Shown here piece by piece: positions 40,675-50,495 of a DNA stretch of 64,000 bases. The DNA is taken from assembly GCA_038279365.1 (NCBI GenBank), contig JAYODI010000009.1:27928-91927 (forward strand), written 5' to 3'. Under the pieces are notes generated by a model, which made no database searches, had not been told where the DNA came from, and saw only the letters and a program-made list of their open reading frames with translations. Made by a program: the position numbers and the translations under genes. Numbering within the stretch: the stretch's first letter is position 1; each line of letters opens with the position of its first letter. This DNA is from Candidatus Latescibacterota bacterium. Lineage in GTDB: Bacteria > Latescibacterota > UBA2968.

Positions 40675-40739
40675 AAAACAGTTCGAATCCAACATCACAT
40701 TTTTAATACCTTATCCAATCTCAATTTAAAGGACCATTC

Positions 40740-41768
40740 ATGAAACTCTTACAATTTATACATCCCCAAAGTGGCTCACGACTCGGCCTAATCGAAGGAG
40801 ATATCGTACACGACCTCACAGCCTGTACACCACATCCTCAATCATTGCACGACATTTATTACAACCACGGTGGCAGCAAAAACGGTTTGGAAGCCGTTGT
40901 CAACAGCATCGACATCAGCGATGCACCAAAGCTATCACTCCAAGCATTGCTCGCCAATACCACCGACGCATCCAAACCGCATCTCATCAGTCCAGTGACG
41001 GCCCCTAAAAACGCGCCTCAACAACTCAAAATTTGGCTGGCAGGTGTCACCCACGAAGACAGTGCCAAATTGCGTGAAATTGAAGCCAAACAAGCCACGG
41101 GTGGTGCCGTGAATGTTTACGAGCAAAAATATCGCGAATGTGCCAATGGTGGTATTCCAGAGCTCTTTTCCAAATCGGACACCGAAAACCTCGTGGGCCA
41201 CGGCGGTGGCATTTCATATCCCAACGATACCCGACGCCTCGTACCCGAAACCGAGTTGGTCAGTGTCTACGGCCTTAACAACAGTGGCCAAATCGAACGC
41301 CTCGGTTATACAGGTGGCAATGACTACACAGACAACGGCATCGAGGCCGAAAACCCACTCAACTTGCCCCAAGCCAAAAATTGGGCCTATGGGTGTGCCA
41401 GTCTCGGCCCCCTTCTTGTTACCGAATCTGAGTTTGACGACAAAAGCGTTAAAGTTTCCTGTGAAATTGTACGCAATGGCCAACGCGTTGGTTATAAAGA
41501 AGGCCACACAGGGCAAGACCATCTCAACATGCCCGACAATTTGTATCACCTCGAAAAATCACTCTTTTCACGTATACCACTCGAACCCAATACGCTTTTG
41601 GTGTTTTATTGGGGCACACCCATCGTTTTTGCCGATAAAGACCTTGAAAGTGGCTTGATTGTGGGCGATACAGTCAAAATGACATTTGAAGGTATTGGGC
41701 CCATCGAAAATCCAATTGTTGCCTTTCCCAAAACCAACCAACTCGAATGGCTCAATACACACAGATAG
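40740..41768 (+). CDS. Fumarylacetoacetate hydrolase family protein (2-keto-3-deoxy-pentonate dehydratase-like)
   Basis: AGVTHEDS, PELFSK, VPETEL, GND, IEAENPLNLPQAK. Confidence 0.8.
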   Translation: MKLLQFIHPQSGSRLGLIEGDIVHDLTACTPHPQSLHDIYYNHGGSKNGLEAVVNSIDISDAPKLSLQALLANTTDASKPHLISPVTAPKNAPQQLKIWLAGVTHEDSAKLREIEAKQATGGAVNVYEQKYRECANGGIPELFSKSDTENLVGHGGGISYPNDTRRLVPETELVSVYGLNNSGQIERLGYTGGNDYTDNGIEAENPLNLPQAKNWAYGCASLGPLLVTESEFDDKSVKVSCEIVRNGQRVGYKEGHTGQDHLNMPDNLYHLEKSLFSRIPLEPNTLLVFYWGTPIVFADKDLESGLIVGDTVKMTFEGIGPIENPIVAFPKTNQLEWLNTHR

Positions 41769-41828
41769 CACCCTTCTGAATCTGCTATTAAACCATTTAT
41801 AAACCCATAAAAAAGGAAAGGATGCCTC

Positions 41829-42218
41829 ATGAAACACTTCTCCATCATTGCCAGTGCAATAAGCATTGGCATCATTGTTGTAACGGCGGCATTTGCACAA
41901 GTGCCAGACACATACACCAATCTCAAACTGCTTCCCAAAGACATCCAAAGACAAGACCTCATGCAAACAATGAGAGGATTTAACAAAGCCTTAGGTGTAA
42001 AGTGTAACTTTTGTCATAAAGGTGAGGAAGGGCAACCCTTGTCTACATATGACTTTGCATCCGACGCAAACAAACACAAAGTGATCGCACGCAGCATGAT
42101 GACCATGACAAATGAAATCAATACCACGCACCTCAAAGGACTTGGTAGCAAAGAAGAACCCGCACGCATCTCTTGTAACACTTGTCACCAAGGTACAAAA
42201 CACCCCAAATCAGAATGA
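41829..42218 (+). CDS. Secreted diheme c-type cytochrome (reaction-centre cytochrome c subunit-like family)
   Basis: Signal peptide; NLKLLP, ALGVKCNFCH, ISCNTCHQG. Confidence 0.88.
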   Translation: MKHFSIIASAISIGIIVVTAAFAQVPDTYTNLKLLPKDIQRQDLMQTMRGFNKALGVKCNFCHKGEEGQPLSTYDFASDANKHKVIARSMMTMTNEINTTHLKGLGSKEEPARISCNTCHQGTKHPKSE

Positions 42219-42227
42219 TCTCGTCAT

Positions 42228-42277
42228 CTAACGGCGAAGATGGTCTTGAAAAATATCAATGGCATCTTCGCCGTTAG
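42228..42277. repeat. Perfect 15-bp inverted repeat
   Basis: ctaacggcgaagatg (42228-42242) / catcttcgccgttag (42263-42277). Confidence 0.8.
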
Positions 42278-42285
42278 CAGTATAA

Positions 42286-42313
42286 ATGAGCAATATTTCA
42301 TATTATGTTAAAT
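42286..42313 (+). other. dif-like XerCD site
   Basis: ATGAGCAATAT-TTCATA-TTATGTTAAAT; right arm identical to the E. coli dif XerD arm, left arm only partly XerC-like. Confidence 0.5.
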
Positions 42314-42443
42314 ATATAAGAAAGTTTTTTACATACTTTACCAAATGGTCAACTATTGAAACAATTTATTGATAATAAAAAATTTAAACAAAAAATAATA
42401 CCACTCCACCACCTCAATCACACCTTTGTATTTGGGCACAGAG

Positions 42444-42472
42444 TTGACAATCGTGCTTTGGGAAAGTAAATT
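42444..42472 (+). promoter_or_regulatory. sigma70-type promoter for aceE-aceF-lpdA
   Basis: TTGACA-N17-TAAATT. Confidence 0.65.
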
Positions 42473-42602
42473 ATGATTTTCCAAGATTGATAAATGCAAC
42501 TCATATCTTTAGTCGTGTGACAACAGAATCATCAAACGGCGTCTAACACAAACGAACGCCCCCGATCAAGCCGACTCCCGGCCATCACATAAGGATCTCC
42601 AT

Positions 42603-45305
42603 ATGTCCGATCAGGTCGTCTCAACCAACACCCCCGATGCAGATCCAACAGAAACACAAGAATGGATCGAATCACTGGCCTACATTTTACAAGAACACGG
42701 GCCAGAGCGGGTGCGCTACATGCTCCAAAAGCTTGAAAAAGAAGCCGTAAACAACATGGGGGTAGATATTCCGTTTACCTCCAACACCCCCTACATCAAC
42801 ACCATCTCCCGAGACAAACAACCCCCTTATCCTGGTGATCGAGAAATAGAGCGCCGCATCAAAAGCCTCGTGCGTTGGAATGCAATGGCCATGGTCACCC
42901 GCGCAAACAAAGAAGCCGACGGCATCGGGGGACATATTTCCACCTTTGCATCTGCCGCCACACTCTACGAAGTTGCACAAAATCACTTTTTCAAAGCCGC
43001 CAATGGTGACGCTTCTGGCGACCAAGTCTTTTTTCAAGGCCACGCATCACCAGGCATGTATTCTCGCGCCTTCCTCGAAGGCCGCCTCACCACAGAACAC
43101 CTACAAAATTTCCGTCGAGAATTGCGCAAACCCGGTGGGCTTTCATCATATCCTCACCCTTGGCTGATGCCAGACTTTTGGCAATTCCCCACCGTGTCTA
43201 TGGGCTTAGGTCCAATTATGGCCATCTATCAGGCACGCTTCAATCGCTATCTCGAAGACCGTGGTCTTAAAACCACTCACCAATCTAAAGTGTGGGCCTT
43301 TTTGGGTGATGGAGAAACCGACGAACCCGAAACATTGGGTGCCATCAATCTCGCATCCCGTGAAAAACTCGACAACCTCATATTTGTCATCAATTGTAAC
43401 CTGCAACGTCTCGATGGTCCGGTTCGCGGCAATGGCAAAATCATTCAAGAACTCGAAAAAGGCTTTCGTGGTGCTGGTTGGAACGTCATTAAGGTCATTT
43501 GGGGCGATGATTGGGACCCCCTATTAGACAAAGACCACAACGACATACTCAAAACCCGTATGAATGAAGTCATCGATGGTCAATATCAAAAATATACCGT
43601 TGAATCTGGAGAATACATTCGCAAAAACTTCTTTGGCAAACATCCCGAATTGCTCAAATTGGTCGAACACCTCTCCGACGAGCAACTCCAAAAGATGAGG
43701 CGTGGTGGACATGATCCAGCCAAAGTCTACGCCGCCTATAAAGCCGCCATCGAGCACAAAGGCGCACCCACAGTAATCTTGGCCAAAACCATCAAAGGAT
43801 ATGGCCTTGGTGAAGCAGGTGAAGGCCGTAACATGACACATGGTCAAAAGAAGCTCGAAGAAGACGAAATGCGCGATTTCAAACGACGCTTCGACATTCC
43901 TATTTCAGACGAAGAAGTCGGTAAAGCTCCTTTTTATCATCCAGGAGAAAACAGCCCAGAAATTCAATATCTCAAAAAACGACGTGCAGAATTAGGTGGG
44001 TATTTGCCCAGCAGAAAAGTGACGGCCAAACCCTTAACAGCACCCGCACTTGAAACCTTTGACGAAGCCCTCAAAGGAACAGGTGATCGAGAAGCATCAA
44101 CCACAATGGCTTTTGCGCGCATGTTTTCCAAACTGTGCCGCGACAAAGAAATTGGCGATCTCTTAGTGCCCATCATTCCTGACGAAGCACGAACATTTGG
44201 GATGGATTCTCTCTTTAGACAAGTGGGTATCTACTCCCACGTAGGACAAAATTACGAACCCGTCGATGCCGGTAACATCAGCTATTATCGCGAGGCCAAA
44301 GATGGCCAACTCTTAGAAGAAGGCATCAACGAAGCCGGTGCCATGTCATCTTTCATCTGTGCAGGCACAGCTTATGCCACACACGGTGTCAATACCATTC
44401 CATTTTATATCTATTACTCCATGTTTGGTTTTCAGCGTGTGGGAGATCTCATGTGGTTGGCCGGAGACATTCGAGCCAAAGGTTTTTTATTGGGTGGCAC
44501 TGCTGGGCGCACCACCCTCAATGGTGAAGGCCTGCAACACGAAGATGGACACAGCCACTTATTGGCATCAACCATTCCCAACTGCATTACATACGATCCA
44601 GCTTATGCCTACGAAATTGCCGTGATCATCCAAGATGGCATTCGACGTATGTATCAAGATCAAGAAGACGTCTTTTATTATCTTACATTGGGCAATGAAA
44701 ACTATCAACATCCCGAAATGCCAGAAGGTGTTGAAGAAGGCATTCTCAAAGGCATTTATCCGCTCAAGCCACACAAGGCACAAAAAGGCCAACACAAACT
44801 TCAGTTGTTTGGCAGTGCCTCTATTTTGCGAGAAACCTTGCGCGCCCAAGAGATATTGGCCGAACAATTCAACGTTTCTGCCGATGTGTGGAGTGTCACC
44901 AGTTACAAAGAATTGAGACGTGATGCACTTGAGGTAGAACGCTGGAACATGTTGCACCCTACCAAACGGCAGAAAAAACCATATATTACCAAAGTGCTCG
45001 AAAAAGCCGATGGGCCCATTGTTGCCGCCAGTGATTATATGAAAACCCTGCCCGACATGATTCGCCCCTGGATACCCGAAGATATGGTGACACTCGGCAC
45101 CGATGGTTTTGGCCGCAGTGACACACGCGAATCTTTGCGCAGACACTTCGAAGTAGATGCCGAATGCATTGCTGTTGGTGCACTTTATGCACTGGCCAAA
45201 CAAGGCAAAATCAAACGTGAACAAGTTGCCCAAGCAATTGAAACGCTGGGCATAGATCCCGAAAAAGTCGATCCGGTTTCTGCCGGCCCAATCACAACAT
45301 ATTAA
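42603..45305 (+). CDS. aceE: Pyruvate dehydrogenase E1, homodimeric type
   Basis: GGHIST, QGHASPG, FPTVSMGLG, GDGETDE, CNLQRLDGPVRGN, EGLQH, GTDGFGRSDTR. Confidence 0.97.
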   Translation: MSDQVVSTNTPDADPTETQEWIESLAYILQEHGPERVRYMLQKLEKEAVNNMGVDIPFTSNTPYINTISRDKQPPYPGDREIERRIKSLVRWNAMAMVTRANKEADGIGGHISTFASAATLYEVAQNHFFKAANGDASGDQVFFQGHASPGMYSRAFLEGRLTTEHLQNFRRELRKPGGLSSYPHPWLMPDFWQFPTVSMGLGPIMAIYQARFNRYLEDRGLKTTHQSKVWAFLGDGETDEPETLGAINLASREKLDNLIFVINCNLQRLDGPVRGNGKIIQELEKGFRGAGWNVIKVIWGDDWDPLLDKDHNDILKTRMNEVIDGQYQKYTVESGEYIRKNFFGKHPELLKLVEHLSDEQLQKMRRGGHDPAKVYAAYKAAIEHKGAPTVILAKTIKGYGLGEAGEGRNMTHGQKKLEEDEMRDFKRRFDIPISDEEVGKAPFYHPGENSPEIQYLKKRRAELGGYLPSRKVTAKPLTAPALETFDEALKGTGDREASTTMAFARMFSKLCRDKEIGDLLVPIIPDEARTFGMDSLFRQVGIYSHVGQNYEPVDAGNISYYREAKDGQLLEEGINEAGAMSSFICAGTAYATHGVNTIPFYIYYSMFGFQRVGDLMWLAGDIRAKGFLLGGTAGRTTLNGEGLQHEDGHSHLLASTIPNCITYDPAYAYEIAVIIQDGIRRMYQDQEDVFYYLTLGNENYQHPEMPEGVEEGILKGIYPLKPHKAQKGQHKLQLFGSASILRETLRAQEILAEQFNVSADVWSVTSYKELRRDALEVERWNMLHPTKRQKKPYITKVLEKADGPIVAASDYMKTLPDMIRPWIPEDMVTLGTDGFGRSDTRESLRRHFEVDAECIAVGALYALAKQGKIKREQVAQAIETLGIDPEKVDPVSAGPITTY

Positions 45306-45316
45306 AATGGCAAATC

Positions 45317-45448
45317 CCGAATGGGCGAATAAGTGAATAGACGAATAGACGAATAAACGAGAAGGCGAATGGATTGTGATTCGTTGATTCGTTGATTCGT
45401 TGATTCGAAAATTCGTTAATTCGTTGATTCGTTAATTCGTTGATTCTT
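45317..45448. repeat. Bipartite inverted 8-nt tandem repeat element
   Basis: Seven NCGAATRR-like units (45317-45372), a 4-nt spacer, then nine TGATTCGT-like units (45377-45448) ending at the aceF RBS. Confidence 0.9.
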
Positions 45449-45459
45449 GAGGAGGAAAC

Positions 45460-46749
45460 GTGGCAACCGAATTCAAACTCCCCGACCTGGGTGAAGGCGT
45501 TGAAGCCGGAGATGTTGTGAGTGTGCTAGTCTCCGAAGGTGATACAGTAGAAAAAGAACAAGGTGTTGTTGAGCTTGAAACCGATAAGGCCCTTATTGAA
45601 GTACCTTGTGAAATTTCGGGTACCATTACCAAAATTCACGTCAGTGCAGGCGACCGTGTGCCAGTTGGCGCGACACTTATTACTGTTGAAGAAGCAGGAG
45701 ACAGTGTTGAAAGCACGCCCGCAGAAGCCGAAACAGAAGAACCGGTAAAAACACCCGAGGAAACACCTGCCGTCCAACCATCCGAACCAGAAAAAAAAGC
45801 AGAACCAAAAGCAGAAACGCCTGCACCTGCAGCACCGCCACCCGTAGCAGGTGATCCCATTCCGGCAGCTCCAGCAACACGTCGTCTTGCCCGCGAATTG
45901 GGCGTAGACCTCACACAAATTTCAGGGTCTGGACCTGGCGGACGTATTTCACAAGACGATGTCAAAACCCATGTGCGAAGTGGCCAATCTGCCGCACCGG
46001 CAGTGAGTGCGCCCACAGCACCTGCATTGCCAGATTTCTCTAAATGGGGAAGCGTAGAACGACAACCATTGAGCAAAATCAGACAAGTCATTGCCAAAAA
46101 CATGAGCGTGGCTTGGAGCCAAATTCCACACGTAACCCAATTTGACAAAGCCGATGTTACGGCCTTAGAAGCTTTTCGACAACGCAACAAATCGGCAGCA
46201 GAATCACACGGTGGGCGTTTAACACCAACCGTGCTCATTCTCAAGGCCGTCATTACCGCACTCAAAGCTTTTCCCCAAGTAAATGCCAGCCTCGATACGA
46301 CCACCAATGAACTGATCATCAAAAACTATTACAACCTCGGCATTGCCGTCGATACCGAGCGTGGTTTGCTGGTTCCCGTTATCAAAGATGTAGACAGCAA
46401 AGATCTTTTTCAATTGGCAGCAGAGCTCACCGATATTGGGGAGCGCGCGCGCACCAACAAAATTGGCCTCGACGAACTACAAGGTGGCACATTTACCGTG
46501 ACCAACTTGGGCAGCATAGGCGTGGGAGCATTTACCCCCATTGTCAATTATCCCGAAGTGGCCATCTTAGGTCTCGGGCGCAGTGTAGAAGAAGCCGTTG
46601 TGAAAGATGGCCGTATTGAGCCGCGCCTCATGATGCCCATCGCCCTTTCATATGACCACCGTGTTATTGATGGCGCAGATGGTGCGCGTTTTGTTCGCAA
46701 GATTGTCGACTCTCTCGAAAACCCAGAACTCATGTTACTTGGTGGATAA
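45460..46749 (+). CDS. aceF: Dihydrolipoamide acetyltransferase E2 (single lipoyl domain)
   Basis: ETDKA lipoyl lysine; P..RRLARELGVDL..GSGPGGRI; SYDHRVIDGA. Confidence 0.95.
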   Translation: MATEFKLPDLGEGVEAGDVVSVLVSEGDTVEKEQGVVELETDKALIEVPCEISGTITKIHVSAGDRVPVGATLITVEEAGDSVESTPAEAETEEPVKTPEETPAVQPSEPEKKAEPKAETPAPAAPPPVAGDPIPAAPATRRLARELGVDLTQISGSGPGGRISQDDVKTHVRSGQSAAPAVSAPTAPALPDFSKWGSVERQPLSKIRQVIAKNMSVAWSQIPHVTQFDKADVTALEAFRQRNKSAAESHGGRLTPTVLILKAVITALKAFPQVNASLDTTTNELIIKNYYNLGIAVDTERGLLVPVIKDVDSKDLFQLAAELTDIGERARTNKIGLDELQGGTFTVTNLGSIGVGAFTPIVNYPEVAILGLGRSVEEAVVKDGRIEPRLMMPIALSYDHRVIDGADGARFVRKIVDSLENPELMLLGG

Positions 46750-46756
46750 ATAAACT

Positions 46757-48169
46757 ATGCCCGAAACTCACAAAACTGATTTACTCGTTATTGGCGGTGG
46801 CCCAGGTGGTTATGCAGCAGCTTTTCGCGCAGCCGACTTGGGGCTCACGGTCACACTCATCGAAGCAGATAACCGCCTAGGGGGTACCTGTTTGTTGCGT
46901 GGGTGCATCCCATCAAAAGCATTGCTTCACGTGGCAGCCCTTATTGCCGAAACCCAAGAAGCACAACACTGGGGCGTTACATTTGCAAAACCCAAAATCG
47001 ACCTCCCAGCACTGCGAGAATGGAAAAATGGCATCATCAGCCGCCTTTCCAATGGGTTATCTGGTTTGGTGCGCCAACGCAAAGTTCGTCATATTCAAGG
47101 CTTTGCCGAGTTTGAATCTTCTACACGTGTGGTTGTCAAAAACAATGACGACGTTTCACATGTCGAATTCAACCACGCCATTATTGCCACTGGCTCACGC
47201 CCAGTGAGCATCCCCCTGTTTGCCATAGACAGCCCGCGCGTGATGGACTCATCGGCGGCATTGGAATTGGATGAAGTACCAAAAAGTCTGCTTGTTGTCG
47301 GTGGTGGCATCATTGGCCTCGAATTAAGCACCGTTTATGCCGCCTTGGGCTGTGATGTCACCGTGGTCGAAATGACAGACACACTCGTACCTGGTGCCGA
47401 TGCCGATTTAATCAAACCGCTATCTGCACGGCTTAATCGCGACCTAAAAGCCATCCACACACGCACACGCGTCACGCATCTGGTAGAAGTTAACAATGGC
47501 ATTGAAGTTCACTATGAAAACAACACCCAACAATTTGTCGAAACCTTCGACCGTGTGTTGCTGGCCATAGGTCGGCGCCCCAACACCGACAAAATCGCCA
47601 TCGAAAACACCAAAGTTGAACGAAATGAGCGTGGGTTTATCACCGTTGATACACAAATGCGAACCACCGATGCCCACATCTTTGCCATTGGTGATGCCGT
47701 GCCAGGCCCAGGATTGGCACACAAAGCCGCCCATGAAGGTCACATCGCCGCAGAAGTTTTAACAGGCCACGATTCTTCCTTTGACAGAGTGGTCCCCTCG
47801 GTGGTCTATACCGACCCCGAAGTAGCTTGGGTGGGGCTCACCGAAACCGAGGCCAAACAACACAACCGCAAAGTAGAAGTTGCCCGCTTTCCTTGGGCTG
47901 CATCTGGCAAGGCAACATCAATTGGGCGCACTGAAGGACTTACCAAAATCATTTCAGACCCTTATACCCATCGTGTATTGGGCATGGGCATTGTAGGGCC
48001 ACACGCAGGTGATCTAATTGCTGAAGGCGTTTTGGCCATCGAAATGGCGGCGGTTGTCGAAGACATTGCCCACAGCATTCACCCACATCCGTCTTTATCA
48101 GAGTCTGTTGGTGTTGCCGCCGAAATTCAACTTGGTTCAGCCACAGATGTTTATATGCCCAAGAAGTAA
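46757..48169 (+). CDS. lpdA: Dihydrolipoyl dehydrogenase E3
   Basis: GGGPGGY, GGTCLLRGCIPSK, HPHPSLSE. Confidence 0.96.
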   Translation: MPETHKTDLLVIGGGPGGYAAAFRAADLGLTVTLIEADNRLGGTCLLRGCIPSKALLHVAALIAETQEAQHWGVTFAKPKIDLPALREWKNGIISRLSNGLSGLVRQRKVRHIQGFAEFESSTRVVVKNNDDVSHVEFNHAIIATGSRPVSIPLFAIDSPRVMDSSAALELDEVPKSLLVVGGGIIGLELSTVYAALGCDVTVVEMTDTLVPGADADLIKPLSARLNRDLKAIHTRTRVTHLVEVNNGIEVHYENNTQQFVETFDRVLLAIGRRPNTDKIAIENTKVERNERGFITVDTQMRTTDAHIFAIGDAVPGPGLAHKAAHEGHIAAEVLTGHDSSFDRVVPSVVYTDPEVAWVGLTETEAKQHNRKVEVARFPWAASGKATSIGRTEGLTKIISDPYTHRVLGMGIVGPHAGDLIAEGVLAIEMAAVVEDIAHSIHPHPSLSESVGVAAEIQLGSATDVYMPKK

Positions 48170-48184
48170 AATCCGATAAAAAAC

Positions 48185-48223
48185 AAAAAACGGCGTCTGA
48201 ATCACATCAGGCGCCGTTTTTTT
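48185..48223 (+). terminator. Intrinsic terminator
   Basis: aaaaaacggcgtctga/tcaggcgccgtttttt. Confidence 0.9.
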
Positions 48224-48379
48224 ATTGTTTCATAAGAATAATACGCTTGTATCGCGTTCATATAAATTGCACATTTAGATCGAGAAAACATATCTGCTCA
48301 AAACCCCAATATTGACCCCACAAGCATCCAGACTTATGTTTTAAAACGCCAAATACAGACCCCATACAAGGGACATCCT

Positions 48380-50368
48380 ATGGATATACTCATCGGCAAA
48401 GAAATTTGCCGAGATCTCGACCGAGCCATTCACCGAGAATGGCTCGAAACCAACGGCATTGGTGGTTTTGCTAGCTCGACCATTATTGGGCTCAATACCC
48501 GCCGATACCACGGATTGCTTGTACCGGCCCTCAACCCACCCTTAGGACGTGTTGTCGCCCTTTCTAAATTTGAAGAAACGCTCGTTTTGTCTAATGGCAA
48601 TACATTTGATTTAAGTGCCAACAACTATTACGGTGCCATTCACCCACATGGTTATCGTTATCTCGAACATATGCGATTTGACCCATATCCGATTTTTACA
48701 TACCGCCTCGATGATACCATTGTTGAAAAACAAGTATTCATGATTCATGGCCAAAATGCCACAGCTATCACCTATGGGCCCTTAAAAGAATCTGCCAAAC
48801 TCATATTAAAACCGCTTGTTGCATTTCGAGATTATCACCATATCACTCGGCAAAACCCCTACATCAACCCACACGTAGAAATCGAAACCAACCACATACT
48901 TTATCAACCCTATGAGCAGTTGCCACCCCTACATATCTCTCACAATGGACAATTCGAAACCCAAGGCGATTGGTATTACAACTTCACATATCCCATAGAA
49001 GCCTATCGCGGTTTGGATTGTGAAGAAGACTTATATTGCCCAGGTACATTTACCTTTGACTTACAACCCGGCCAATCGGCTCATATAATCGCATCATTAG
49101 AACCCATTCCGATTGATCAATTACCTCAGTTGCAAAAAAATGAGCGTACCAGACGCACAAACTTGATTCAAAATACACCATCAAACGATGTGGGAACCCG
49201 CCTGCTCACCCAAGCCGCAGATGCCTTTATCGTCAAACGAAAAGACAACCTCTCCACCATCATTGCCGGCTACCCTTGGTTTACCGATTGGGGACGTGAC
49301 ACCATGATTGCCTTGCCAGGTCTCACATTGGTCACCAAACGTTTTGATGAGGCACGCAATATCTTAGAAGCCTTTGCCCAAGTATGTGACCAAGGCATGA
49401 TTCCCAATCGATTCCCCGATCATGGCGAAACCCCAGATTACAACAGTGTAGATGCCACACTTTGGTATGTTCATGCCATAGACCGTTACTTGGCCTATAC
49501 AGGTGATATACAATTTGTGCGTGAAACACTTTGGCCAACCATCAAACAAATTATTGCATGGTTTTGCAAAGGAACACGCTACAACATTCATGTCGATACA
49601 GATGGCCTACTCTATGCAGGCGAACCCGGTGCACAACTGACGTGGATGGACGCCAAAGTAGATGATTGGGTGGTAACTCCAAGAGAAGGCAAGCCAGTGG
49701 AAATCAACGCACTTTGGTACAATGCGCTTTGTGTGGCTCAAAACTTAGCCGAACAATTTGGAGACCTCGAACAAGCCTCGGAATACAGCACATTGGCCCA
49801 AAAGGTCGCCCTACAATTTCCCAACGCTTTTTGGAATCCTCAAACAGGCTGTCTTTTCGATTGTATTGGCCCCAATGGCGCCGACCCAGCCATTCGTCCC
49901 AATCAAGTTTTTGCACTCAGTTTGCCAAACAGGATGCTTTCTGAAGACCAGGAAAAAAGTATTCTATCAGTCATCCAACGAGACTTACTCACACCTTATG
50001 GGTTGCGCAGTCTCTCGCCATCCGACCCTTCATATGTGGGGCACTATGGTGGCAACCCGCATGCCCGCGATGGGGCCTATCACCAAGGAACGGTGTGGGG
50101 TTGGTTAATTGGCGCATTTGTCACGGCTTGGGTTCGCATCAATCAAAACGACCCCACAGCCCATCACACCGCTCAGCGCTTTCTCGACCCACTGCGCCAA
50201 CATTTACAAGAATATGGTTTGGGGCAGATATCAGAAATCTTCGATGGTGATTCGCCACACACACCTCGGGGTTGTTATGCACAAGCTTGGAGTGTTGCAG
50301 AAACCTTACGTGCATATATCGAAGATGTGTTAAATCAAAAACCAAACGCTACTCAAACACGTTCTTAA
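48380..50368 (+). CDS. Glycogen debranching enzyme (amylo-alpha-1,6-glucosidase family)
   Basis: EWLETNGIGG, NTRRYHGLL, AGYPWFTDWGRDT, TWMDAK, GKPVEINALW, YHQGTVW, QAWSVAE. Confidence 0.93.
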   Translation: MDILIGKEICRDLDRAIHREWLETNGIGGFASSTIIGLNTRRYHGLLVPALNPPLGRVVALSKFEETLVLSNGNTFDLSANNYYGAIHPHGYRYLEHMRFDPYPIFTYRLDDTIVEKQVFMIHGQNATAITYGPLKESAKLILKPLVAFRDYHHITRQNPYINPHVEIETNHILYQPYEQLPPLHISHNGQFETQGDWYYNFTYPIEAYRGLDCEEDLYCPGTFTFDLQPGQSAHIIASLEPIPIDQLPQLQKNERTRRTNLIQNTPSNDVGTRLLTQAADAFIVKRKDNLSTIIAGYPWFTDWGRDTMIALPGLTLVTKRFDEARNILEAFAQVCDQGMIPNRFPDHGETPDYNSVDATLWYVHAIDRYLAYTGDIQFVRETLWPTIKQIIAWFCKGTRYNIHVDTDGLLYAGEPGAQLTWMDAKVDDWVVTPREGKPVEINALWYNALCVAQNLAEQFGDLEQASEYSTLAQKVALQFPNAFWNPQTGCLFDCIGPNGADPAIRPNQVFALSLPNRMLSEDQEKSILSVIQRDLLTPYGLRSLSPSDPSYVGHYGGNPHARDGAYHQGTVWGWLIGAFVTAWVRINQNDPTAHHTAQRFLDPLRQHLQEYGLGQISEIFDGDSPHTPRGCYAQAWSVAETLRAYIEDVLNQKPNATQTRS

Positions 50369-50387
50369 GTAAAATAGACACAAACAG

Positions 50388-50428
50388 AGAAGCCCCTCGG
50401 TTTAAAAACCAAGGGGCTTCTTTATTTT
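50388..50428. terminator. Terminator between convergent genes
   Basis: agaagcccctcggttt/aaaccaaggggcttct. Confidence 0.85.
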
Positions 50429-50495
50429 CTCTGAATCATAACCCAACACCAAACAGCTTTACGCCATCTGCAACATCGTCATACCATTCACCCAA

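Noticed and set aside
41829-42218. Phototrophy inferred from the reaction-centre cytochrome-like gene
   Set aside because: Small diheme members occur in non-phototrophs; no puf/bch genes are present.
42480-42602. Riboswitch or ncRNA in the aceE leader and other intergenic regions
   Set aside because: No recognisable conserved aptamer or tRNA features by eye; an Rfam scan would be needed to exclude them.
45317-45448. CRISPR array interpretation of the tandem repeats (also 6147-6230 and 34282-34458)
   Set aside because: Units are 7-8 nt and contiguous, with no unique spacers and no cas genes.
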